From Catajapyx aquilonaris (lineage: Eukaryota), in NCBI GenBank assembly GCA_000934665.2, contig KZ538093.1:62001-126000 (forward strand): a stretch of DNA of 64,000 bases. The letters are read 5' to 3'. The stretch's first letter is position 1. Every line of letters begins with the position of its first letter. This document shows positions 13,836-24,448 of the stretch, in pieces. The position numbers were made by a program, and so were the translations under genes. The notes under the pieces are model-generated. The model searched no databases and was not told the origin of the DNA. It worked only from the letters and a program-made list of their open reading frames with translations.

Positions 13836-14261
13836 TGGATATCTACAAACATCGTTACATGTTACAACTAAACACAGTGGCGGGCAGATGGCAGAAGTGT
13901 GCATGAAGTGAAAGTGTAACGGTCGCTAGAGGGATTGGAAACGGACTGTTACCCGGATGAAGGGGGAGTTGTGCGGGTTGCCGTCCTTCGTGTACTCTCT
14001 CCTGGGGGCTGCTGGGGGGCCTCGCGCCCCGCTCATCTAAATCGTGTCTCATCGTGTTCCAGTTGTGTACATCTGTAAGTGATTTGTGGTACTGTTAGTA
14101 GCATTTGTGGCCGCCTTTGTGGGTAGCAGGGGACAAAGGAAACGGGATTCAGCCGAGTAGTCATGACTAGGCCCAGGGTCGCGTGGTCGGGCAGGCCAGA
14201 ACACGACATTGTTGCGGCAGCCCCTGTCGGCTGTGTATCGTCCCATGCATCTTATGGGAAT

Positions 14262-14801
14262 GACTCTTTGCAAATTTTTGCACATGGAATGGCCACAGCA
14301 GGCACTAGGAACCTTGCAGAATTTGAGTAATTTTTCTCAGAATGGTAGATGATGGCCAAGGGGTTATAGCAACGCTCCCAAAAAGTGTACACCAGATCCT
14401 GGAACCGGGAGGTTCCACCCGGTTCCAAGCCGGTTCCACCCGGTTCCAGGCTGGTTCTACCGGGTTCCAGGCTGGCTCCAAGCCGGTTCCACCTGGTTCC
14501 TTGGCCAGTGTGTACACCGGTTCCAGGGAGTTGCTAGCCCGTTGATTATGGCCAATTTTATGAGTCGCATATTGTTCACAAAAACTATTTTTTAAAAGAA
14601 AAGAAATGCTGGCTACATAATGAGGCAATACTGGGAATGCGAATCCTGCTTGCTCGCATTTTAAATTTTCGTTCATGAACAATATGTGACTCAAAAAAAT
14701 TGCCATCATCTACCATTATCAGAAAAAAATTAAATACAAATTCTGGAATGTTCCTAGTCCCTGCAGCTGGGGCCATTTGTGCAAAGAAATTGCAAACTCT
14801 C
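14262..14801. mobile_element. Degenerate long-arm inverted-repeat element enclosing a GGTTCC repeat cassette
   Basis: ~95-bp arms (ACTAGGAAC...AATGGTAGATGATGGC versus GCCATCATCTACCATT...GTTCCTAGT). Confidence 0.65.
14411..14500. repeat. Minisatellite of alternating 10/11-bp GGTTCC units (21-bp period)
   Basis: ggttccaccc ggttccaagcc ggttccaccc ggttccaggct ... Confidence 0.9.
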
Positions 14802-14826
14802 AACTTTCGAACCCAAGTTTTCACCA

Positions 14827-15188
14827 CACTGTATTCTGCTAAACATTAAAAGAGCATCACTGGTGAGTCTCTTATGGAACGTCAATTTCTAATGCTCTTC
14901 TAATGCTCTTGTGATGCGTTTTTGTTGCTAAAAAGCATCACTGGTGATGAGTCTCTCATGGAACATCAATTTTTAATGCTCTGCTAATGCTCTTGTGATG
15001 CTTTTTTGTTGCTAAAAGGCATCACTGGTGAGTCTCTCATGGAACATCAATTTTTGATGCTCTGCTAATGCTCTTATGATGCTTTTTTATTGCTAAAGCA
15101 TCACAAGAGCATTAGAAGAGCATTAAAAATTGATGTTCCATGAGAGACTCACCAGTGATGCTCTGTTAATGTTTTGCGGTTTACAGTG
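14827..15188. mobile_element. CACTGTA-ended (CMC/EnSpm-like) MITE: three ~83-bp tandem units plus one inverted unit
   Basis: CACTGTA...TACAGTG termini; unit GCATCACTGGTGAGTCTCTCATGGAACATCAATTTT-AATGCTC occurs 3x direct and 1x inverted. Confidence 0.75.
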
Positions 15189-15258
15189 TACTCATCGTTC
15201 AATAAAAATATTGTGGGCTGTAAAATCTGGCAGACAATATTTTTTGAAAGCGACGAAC

Positions 15259-15296
15259 CTGCGACGAACATTCTCTGTATCCGCGGATTCAACCAT
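15259..15296 (-). CDS. Candidate first coding exon of an unidentified divergent gene (MVESADTENVRR)
   Basis: Acceptor cattacag (exon from 15323), ATG at 15296, donor AG|gttcgt in phase 2. Confidence 0.35.
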
Positions 15297-15489
15297 TACT
15301 GGCCTTGATATGTAGTAACCGCACTGTAATGGTATAATCATGATGATTCATACACCATATGAGAATGACGCCTGAACAACTTCATTTCCGTCGCACGCGC
15401 ATTTCTCCCATCAAACAGCCCCTGACTTCACCTCTTGCTTCACCTGAACTTCTCCATTGACCTTCAAAAACTCCCACCCCTACCGTAAA

Positions 15490-16005
15490 TTGTCAACCTG
15501 GCAACCCTGACAAAAAAATACGGTATCGTCAAACTCCCCTCCCTCCCCCTCCCTAATCAGCCTCCTCCCTCAACACCACCTTGGAACAACATCAACATGA
15601 CCGACAACCCAACCCGAAGTCACCTGAAATGTCATATTTGGCGACTTGTAACCAAAATGTACCGCCCGGCCACGTAAGTTCCGCTCGAGTTGATCGGGTT
15701 ATTCACTTGTCAGTTGCGCAGAGTGACGTATGCGGCCTGCGCGTGAGGGCGGGGCCAGCTGAAGGGGGCAGACTGCCCTCTTGGCCGCCATATTGCTTCC
15801 CGCTGTCGTTTCTGCTCTTTACAAGCAGAAACAGACTCCGGTTGTCGGTATCTGGGTGCATCCGGTGCATCATCGGATCTTTGAATCGTACCGGGGGGTG
15901 GTTGGATTTGCACGGGGACCGGTTGTACAGTTCGGGGAACCGCCTTTTACTGGTGGGGCCGACAAGGGGCAGGGACCAGGGTTCGACTCTGCTTTAGGAA
16001 AAGCC
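15490..16005 (+). promoter_or_regulatory. GC/CpG-rich Rab11 promoter and 5' UTR, possibly bidirectional
   Basis: CTGGCAACCCTG (15498), TGACGT CRE-like (~15724), GC box GGGCGGGGC (~15747), YY1/Pho-like CCGCCATATT (~15785), immediately before the ATG exon. Confidence 0.6.
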
Positions 16006-16045
16006 ATGGGAACCCGGGATGACGAGTACGATTATTTATTCAAAG
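16006..16045 (+). CDS. Rab11: Rab11 small GTPase, coding exon 1 (MGTRDDEYDYLFK)
   Basis: GCCATGG start context; canonical Rab11 N-terminus; donor AG|gtgagt at 16046; phase 1. Confidence 0.97.
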
Positions 16046-17728
16046 GTGAGTGTACAGGTAGGTTGGGTTTGGGGCCAGGAATCGAGCTGGAGTTTTGACA
16101 GGGGCTGACAAGGCTGGTCAGCTGATTTACAGCAAGTTGTTGTGGTGATTTGCTTCTGGGGTAGGTGACAGTTGCAGTGCCAAGGGGGGGGGAAAAAGGA
16201 GGTAACATGTGTACAGCGCCGGGTCAAGCGTTGTCAGGTGGTAAACTTGACCAGCCACAATATGAGACCCCGTCCTGCATGTCATTAGTTCAGAGTCACA
16301 AGTCAATTGCGAGCTGAGTTCATGCATGTGCTGGATGACAAAAAGTCTTATTACTGCTGTTGTCGAGTGAGAAGCGATTGATATGGTTGATCTGGGGTGT
16401 AATGTGCATTAATTTCACCATGTGCTTTGGTAACAGTATTAGGCCTGAGTTGTAGTAACATTAATTAGGCATCTCATAATTAGTTGCCAGTTTCTGTGTA
16501 GCATGCCCACAGACATTCCAGCATGACAAGGCAGATATTGTTTGTTTCCTCTAGTCATGTGACAGGGACGAGATATATAAAATTGGAAAGGGAGTGATAA
16601 CATAGTGTTTATCACCAGGAATTGATATTAGTGCGATGTAGTGATGTCAGAGAACTCCATTAATATGGCTTCTAATTGTGACTTTATTTTTTTAGATGAA
16701 TATGATATTGATGTACAGAATGAAAAATGCAAAGCGTGGAGGGACAGGAGATGGAAAAACACTAAACGTGCTAGCAGACCGAAGATTTTTTACTTGTTAA
16801 CATGTATAGTGTTTTATCAAATTTCGCTCCCTCCTGGCTGATGGAATTAGCTCCAAGTGATGTTTAACATCAATGAAGGTAACATAGAAGAAACCTGCAT
16901 CTAATTTTTTAAGTGAAAATTGCATAGTCCCAGTATTGTTAAAATTTCTTCCTGGGGTCTTGCCAACCAGGGCAGCTTCATATCAAGGGGATGTATAATG
17001 GGAGTTAGCCAATGTATCTGTAATCAAAAGCTAATTTAGATGTTGATTACCAGTTTTATATTGCTAGTCGGGGACATTTCCAACTTGGGACATAATAGGA
17101 ATGTCTCAATGTGGTGTAGTTAAGCAGTGGAGAAGAGATTTTGATAAGAGCACAATAAAGTGATAGCAGGATTTTAACACTAGCTGGGTTCAGTTCATTG
17201 CTACTTAGGGTGCCTGTTTTAAAGATCTCTCCGAAATTGCTGATCTACACTGCTAATGACATTTTTTTCTGTACCTGTTAAGAAGGATCTCGAGTTCTTG
17301 GCTTGGAGCCATAATTTCTTGCAATAAATTAGCTTCAGTTATGCATGATTGCAGCACTGCTTGTGCTCTGCTCAAGGTCACTATTGACAATATACATTTT
17401 TACAATATTATTTTTGTGGTGGAGGCCTAGCTTGCATTAATTAATGGGACTGAAAGAAAAAGTGAACATAGGAAAATGTCTGATTACATGGACAATCCAC
17501 TAAATTGGATATTTTTTATTAATTGGCATTGATACAACTAGGCCTTAGTATTGCAGTTATTCTCTTGAGAGTAGTTCGGATGCTGCAAGTATTTTGTCCA
17601 TACCTGATGAGGGTTTCTTTGCTCAGGGCTTTTGATATAGCATGAAATCAAGCAGTGGCAGTGCAGTCAATTGTTTTGAAATACTTCTTTTGTGAAACCT
17701 GTGTTTACATGTATTTGTGTTGTTTCAG

Positions 17729-17850
17729 TGGTGCTCATTGGTGATTCTGGTGTAGGGAAGAGCAATTTATTATCAAGATTTACAAGAAATGAATTCAATC
17801 TAGAATCAAAGTCTACTATAGGAGTTGAATTTGCCACACGAAGTATACAG
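17729..17850 (+). CDS. Rab11: Rab11 coding exon 2 ([41 protein letters not shown])
   Basis: P-loop GDSGVGKS and switch I TIGVEF; acceptor tttcag, donor CAG|gtaagc; phase fits exon 1. Confidence 0.98.
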
Positions 17851-18617
17851 GTAAGCAATTTTTATACATATTTGCAGTTATTTACTAGTGTATCAGTGCA
17901 AAATATGTACTCCAGTGGTGCTGTAATATTACAGATAGGGTTCTTAAAGACATGATTTCTGAAGAAAGTGCAGTAGTTTTCTGATATGAATGACTCAGTG
18001 TTGCTGCAGATCAAATTGTTTTGATGGGGGAAAGAATGTACATGGATCAATAGCAAAATAATAATAATAATTCTTATCCACGCCAATTTCTGAACATAAT
18101 GTAACATTTAAACCTTTCCCTGCTGTGTCCGTGTATCACAGACACGGACTCGGCGAATTTTGTGCAAAAAATATATATAATCGTAAGTGAATGTGGTTTT
18201 CGGCATATTCACAAGCAAGGCAGGGAGAACTCACCACAAAAATTAAATGCTCGAGTGATCTGTCTGACATTTAGATATGACGTCATCCTCGTGTGGCCAT
18301 TTTGGAAAAAGTTCTATGTGCAATGGTAAGAGATTTTATGAAGCCTAGCTCAATTCTGGGAATTTAGCAATTAGATTGGTTTCTATGCAATATTTTGCAT
18401 AGAAGCGTTCTTTGAACCCGTTACTTCACCACTACGCTTTTTCCACCCCCCCCCCCCCCCCCCNCCCCCCCCTCCGAGTAGATGCATAGAAATAGTTATA
18501 GTTGTTATGCTATGCACTGCCTAGACCAGCTCCATGTTACTTCCCCCCTAGTTGTATGGATACGGTAGTTTAATTTCTGTGTGGCCGCCAGGCTGGGAAT
18601 TTGGCGCTGGCGGCGCT

Positions 18618-18766
18618 ACATCGTTCGCTATCCGCCATCTTTTTCAAGGTGCACTCTAGTGGTAAGTCTGCTGAAGGAAAGAAATATCGAGCCAATCGTG
18701 GCAGACTACCCACTACCTACCACAGGAGTTGCACCTTGAACAAGATGGCATCTTAGCGAACGATGT
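18618..18766. repeat. Inverted repeat, possibly inside a degenerate TTAA-flanked element (~18112-18989)
   Basis: ACATCGTTCGCTA..GCCATCTT..TTCAAGGTGCA versus TGCACCTTGAACAAGATGGC..TAGCGAACGATGT. Confidence 0.6.
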
Positions 18767-20187
18767 GACACAGTTTTTACACTACCGTATTCGAGGAGTG
18801 TCATACACCTGGCCTAGACTGTGGGAGCAGTGCAGTAGATCTGGCAGGAGCAGCCATTCAGTGCGGTTGGAATGATATAGGCGGGATGGGGCGAACTCGT
18901 CGGGTTGCGAGATATGGAATTTTTTAAATACGATTGTCATGCATGAGTCATCGAAGAGTCATGCGGGGGGAGTAGCAGCGGCCAAAGAGTTAAAAACCAA
19001 ATAACATACAAAGAAATAAGTGCAAAAAATGTCGTAATAAATTATTTAATATTTTCCTTTAGAACATGTCACGTCCATGGACTTCCACAACCCTCACTTT
19101 CGTAGTTTTGTCAATTTTTATGCTAGAGATAAGATATTGATTCACATTTTAAAGCAGAGTAATGGATAAAGAAATACTTAAGGTAAAGGTTAACACTTTT
19201 TGTGCTCAAGTTCCAATTTGAATTTACTTAATTGCAGAAGCAATCTCATCACACCTGTGGACAGAAACAAACTTATATGAAATCATCCAGGTAGCACAGT
19301 ACTGCTACCTGGGTGATTTTATAGAAGGTTATTGCCTGTGCCACACTAAGAGAGTCTTGTCCACAAATCCACAAAAGTTTTACAACAATCTGTAGCCGAA
19401 TTAGATTTTTTTTTCTCAATTTCCGTCACTTTCCTCCTCATAATCGCGATTATGGGGAGGAAATGGACGGAAATGGACGTTATATGCGAAATGAGTTCCT
19501 CTGGGGACCAGGTAAATTGAGCGGTATATGCTGGAAAGCGTTAAAAGCGGGAGGCGCTATAAGCAGGAAAATTTACCATAGGGCCTAATGGGGCTGATCA
19601 AGGTACCGGGAAAAAGGGGTGTTAAAAACGGGATAGTGTTACATGCAGGTTTACTGTACTTCAAGTTTTAAATTTATGGGTATGAACTTGAGAGAGAGAG
19701 AGATGTCCGGCATTTAAAAAGAAAATCGTTGACTTGAAATTTACTCTCATGTCACTGAAACTGACAGCATATTTGGAACCAGTGACTTTTTCCCTGATTA
19801 GTGAGGCCCACTTGCTGAACAACCAAATTCTGCCTTTAAAACTATCTGAACAACAGTACTTTGTCGCTTTCAAGCCAAAATCCACAGTTAATCATAAGTT
19901 AATAAGCACCTCTTCACATTCCACTCCTACATTACCAGCACCACCTACAGAATCACCAGAATCATAGGATTCCCTACCTCAGTAACCCCCTTCTCCTGGA
20001 CTACCACCTGCAATCCATCCTAGACTGAGTTCAATGTAAGTATTAGGAAAACTATTATGCAAATGTGTTGTTACATTGATATGCTGTGAAAATACTTCCC
20101 CAGGACCAACAAAATGTGTTGTAATGGACATGTTTCCACTATTGCTGTGTTATAGACATGATTTACTCAGTGTTGATTACCCTATAT

Positions 20188-20938
20188 TATTGGCGTATTC
20201 AGAAAGTAAGGTCTGTTTATTTATTATAAAAACCACAATGTTTATTTGCACATCTGAATCGACAACTATCTACTTCAAAAAAAAAAGTTTCCAAACAAAT
20301 CGAGGCATTTTTCATTGAATCACACAAGATTTTCTATGCCTATGTCATAGAGGTCTGCCGCCAGCCATTTTCGTGATTCCCGAACGCTGGATTGCAACTC
20401 CTCGTCATTGTCAACCTTCTGCTTTGCAAACCATTTCTTCTGTCCATGGACAGATGGTAATTGCTAGGCTCTAAATCCCAGGTTATCGAACAATTCGCAC
20501 TTTAATTATTGTTACGTAGCGGCATGTTGAGTTCCTGGTGTTTTTCTTGTATGACAAGGCCCGCCGCCTACTGTCTTGCTTACTGGAACCCTGCAGCAAC
20601 AATTTGTCCGAATTGTTCGATATCGTGGGATGTAGAGCCTAGCGATTACCACCTGTCCATGGACAGGAAGAAATGTCTTGAAAAGAAGAAAGTTGACAAT
20701 GATGAGGAGTTGCAATCCAGCGTTCAGGGATTGCGGAAATGGCTGGTGGCAGACCACTATGACATAGGCATACAAAATCTTGTGTGACTCAATGAAAAAT
20801 GCCTCAATTTGTTTGGAAACTATTTTGAAAAAAAAAAAGTAGACAGTTGTCGATTTCAGATGTGTAAATAAAATTTTTGGGGGTGCATTGTGGTTTTTCT
20901 AACGATAAACGGACCTTACTTTCTGGATACGCCGATAT
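20188..20938. mobile_element. Palindromic mariner-derived MITE made of two inverted transposase 3' ends
   Basis: ~320-bp arms; ends GGCGTATTCAGAAAGTAAGGTC / GACCTTACTTTCTGGATACGCC; arm translates PSDYHL...DNDEELQSSV...YDIGIQNLV (mariner C-terminus). Confidence 0.88.
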
Positions 20939-21195
20939 AAATGGTTATTAATAAATAAATGCTGTTTAATATAAGATTAGAGTAAATTGATGTACAAGTG
21001 TTTGTATAGAGTGCTTCTACCTGCTACAACTTTTTTCCATTATGATCATATGCCATTATTTATGTATTCATCCTCAGAATGTATTGCCTTATCACATTAC
21101 ACCATTGCTGTATCCAATTAATGCCATATTCCTCTAAATGTGTACAAAAGACAAGGTTTACTTCTTGGTCTCCTCTCATATAAGTAGATTTTTAA

Positions 21196-22024
21196 CCCTA
21201 ATAAGACAGGTGGTTTTTCGCGTTTTTGCAAGTATCTGCAAAAAATTCGCTTTCTTTGGGACTTGGGGGACGAGACTTGAAAACACTAGTGAATAAGATC
21301 GTATAGTGTCCAGGCTTGATCCTGAGGCCATCTATGTGACCCTCCTCTCATACGATACGGAGATGTAAAGTCTTAAACGCGCAAACAAGGTGGCGCAGGG
21401 GTATGTGTCGTGCCTGCTCCATTTTTTTGTCACTCTGCCTGCTTGACGAAAAATTATCGGTATGTAGCCTTGGTACCTCTGAACAAAGCAGTACATAAAC
21501 ACACAGCATGAATTACGTCACAGGACTGCGAGACTTTCAGCAGTCATAAACAAACAACTCCTCACGAATGTAAGCATTCAGCCATTCAAAAGGCGCGGGG
21601 GACCTGCGCCCTCGAGTCACACGGAGGCCAGCGTTGAAGCGCGCAGACTCCCGCCAGCTGCTAATTGCCATTTACAAACATTATTTATTTTAAAACTATT
21701 GAATCATCTTTTGCACTAATTTTAGGGTGGTATCTCTTGAGGAGGTTTGGGGGCAACTATGTATGCCAAAAATTTGCCGGTCACGGTCGGATTTTTATTT
21801 TTTTAAAGTTTTTTTTTGAGCGGCCGCAAAAAGATGATTTCATTCAAGTTAATCCGGTTTATTTATGCAAAATTTTGTAGGCCAAAACTCGCGATTTTTT
21901 AAGCGGGAGGAAATTAAAAAAGCCACACAGAAACCACGTTACATAGTAGGAAAACGCTATAGTTTTGCGAGTAGAATTTTTTAAAGCCACTGTCACAGCA
22001 TATGTGACGCCAGTCTTATTAGGG
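21196..22024. mobile_element. piggyBac-like non-autonomous element
   Basis: TTAA-CCCTAATAAGAC ... GTCTTATTAGGG-TTAA. Confidence 0.88.
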
Positions 22025-22591
22025 TTAATGATTGTAAAATTTTTACATACCTAAGGCATTGTTTGAATCATCTATAAATTAGAAGATCAAGGTTTAATTG
22101 CCATTGAAGTTACTTGTGTGTGGTTAATTCGTAGCACTGATCTAACAGGTGAGAAATGCCATTGATCATAATTCAAAGCAATACCTACCAATATAAATAT
22201 TACCAAAGGGGATAAGAATCTCCTCAATGAAGTATTCATAATTTTCTTTCAATAGTTATACAGTCATAAAATTAGTAGAGGATTTAATATCAAGCCACAG
22301 TGATGGGATCCTTGCAACAGTCTTTTTCTAGGCCTTGCACACATTTTCACATACTGTACGTTCACATGTTACTGACGTTATAAGCCAGTGCCACAAGGTC
22401 ACTTTTTTGAGGAAGTAATGCCATTAGTGAGAACAAGGCTTTCGAAATCTCAGGTTAGGTGCAAAGAAGATATGTTTAGAATTATCAGTGACAATGATTT
22501 TAGAATTTAAGAATCACATCAATAGGATAGTTATTCTTGGAAGGTATGAACAAATACATGTAGGTTGGTATGGGTGTTTATAGATATTTAA

Positions 22592-22684
<93 letters not shown>

Positions 22685-22990
22685 TAAGTTATGATGCTTT
22701 CCAGAGTGTGGGTGTTGTATTTTCAGACTCGAGAAGGTGCTAGCACGTGAGAGTTGGGGTTCAAGTGTTGTCATAAAAGAACTAAGACCTTTTATAATAA
22801 TTGGTGGGTTGATAGTGGTGTCTTAGAATAGCTCTCTAATGCAACTTTTTGTCAGTACCATATGAAGTGAATGGTTAAGGAGCTATGAACTTGCAACTAA
22901 TTGAGATAGGGTCAGAATGCAAGGATGAGAAACCTTTACCTCTCCTGCAAATCCCAATACATGGGATGGGTTGGTGGATAGGTGACATAT

Positions 22991-23061
22991 GCTCCTGTGG
23001 CTGACCTGGCAAAGCACGGGCACAGTTGCCCGAAGCCCGGGTTCGAATCCCGGCGGGGGCA
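22991..23061 (+). ncRNA. tRNA-like cloverleaf with abnormal 6-nt anticodon loop (pseudo-tRNA or SINE head) in Rab11 intron 3
   Basis: Acceptor GCTCCTG/CGGGGGC+A, D-stem GCT/AGC, anticodon stem CGGGC/GCCCG, T-arm CCGGG-TTCGAAT-CCCGG; TTTTT at 23088-23092. Confidence 0.7.
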
Positions 23062-23305
23062 CACCAATGATCCTTCTCCAGGTTTCATTTTTCTTGCATT
23101 GCTGTTAGTGATGAGACTACAAGCAATTAATGGGCTGCTTGTTCAAATGTGCATGATGTTGACACCTGCCGAGTTACTGAAAATGCAAGTTATTTCATTG
23201 TCATTCATGAATTAATACTTTGAATTAATTCTGCTTGGTTGAAGTGAGGTGAACACAAACGAGTGTCATAGGAAAAGGTTAGTTTTGCTTGAATTATACT
23301 TGCAG

Positions 23306-23580
23306 GTACTACAGAGGTGCTGTTGGTGCACTCCTGGTATATGACATTGCCAAACATTTGACCTATGAGAATGTGGAGAGGTGGTTGAAGGAGCTGAAAG
23401 ACCATGCAGATCAAAATATAGTCATCATGCTGGTGGGTAACAAGTCGGACTTGAGACACCTGCGGGCTGTTCCTACTGATGAGGCCACAGCATTTGCGAA
23501 GGAGCATTCACTGTCTTTCATTGAAACATCTGCCCTGGATTCAACCAATGTTGAGACAGCCTTCCAGAACATATTAACAG
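23306..23580 (+). CDS. Rab11: Rab11 coding exon 4 ([13 protein letters not shown]...GNKSDL...[19 protein letters not shown])
   Basis: NKxD and ETSA motifs; acceptor ttgcag, donor CAG|gtagga; phases 2 to 1 consistent. Confidence 0.98.
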
Positions 23581-24004
23581 GTAGGAAGTACTAATCAGTT
23601 TCCCCATGTTGCCCTTACATTCAAGCAGGTACTAGTGGCAATTGATCTGCAGCATAGGTTTCAGGGGGGGAAATATTTCTAGGGAATAGGGATATTTTGT
23701 GATTCCAAGTAACTGCACAAATATTTTGTTCTGCATGCACCTGTTGGAGCTGTCTTAGGATTGCTTCATTGCCAGATTTGATGTATTAATCTGAATCTAT
23801 GGCTTACTTTCTGGAAAGTAATGACACAAGTCTTTGTGAAACTGATTAAATAATAATATAGGTTGTTTAATCATGATTCAGATGGACTTGTAGGATGAAC
23901 TGGTAACCAGAGCAATCGTATATGCAGAGGTTTCTTAGGTCTTGGAAGCCTCATATCAACATAATGGACTTGAATACTAGGTATGACATCCTGGCAGGTG
24001 TATA

Positions 24005-24448
24005 CAGGGTGAAGAGAAACTCGCCCCCAGTTGCCAGGTAGACTGATAGTACTTGCAAAACTAATATATGGATGTGCAATTAGTTTTGGAGGCCGTAGCG
24101 TAGTTAATGTGTATGGCGCCTTGAAAGTTTCGCGACGTCACATCTGCTCCGCCAGATCCAAAGAAGCAAAAGCCAGCTCGAGGCCCTCCGAATAATCCGG
24201 CCTTGAATCCCTAAAACATCGTCCATATGCAATAGGCGATCAAATTCCGTCAGAGTAAGAATCCGGGTGCGACACCCGTGCACTTTGTCGTTTTTACCTC
24301 ATGTTTTACCATCCAGCCCTCTACACTTTAAAGACGCCATGCGCATTAACTACACAACGGAGCCTAAAACGAATTACACATCCCTGTATTAGTTTTGCGA
24401 GTACTATCAGTCAACCTGGCGATTTGGTGCGAGTTTCCATTCATCCTG
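24005..24448. mobile_element. Tc1/mariner MITE with ~125-bp arms
   Basis: TA-CAGGGTG start; arms TGATAGTACTTGCAAAACTAATA / TATTAGTTTTGCGAGTACTATCA; end CATCCTG. Confidence 0.8.

Noticed and set aside
14851..15160. Regularly spaced repeats as a CRISPR-like array
   Set aside because: Whole ~83-bp units repeat with no unique spacers, they sit inside TIRs, and there are no cas genes in this eukaryotic context
20509..20787. 92-aa ORF as a gene
   Set aside because: Non-functional mariner C-terminal remnant inside a MITE arm
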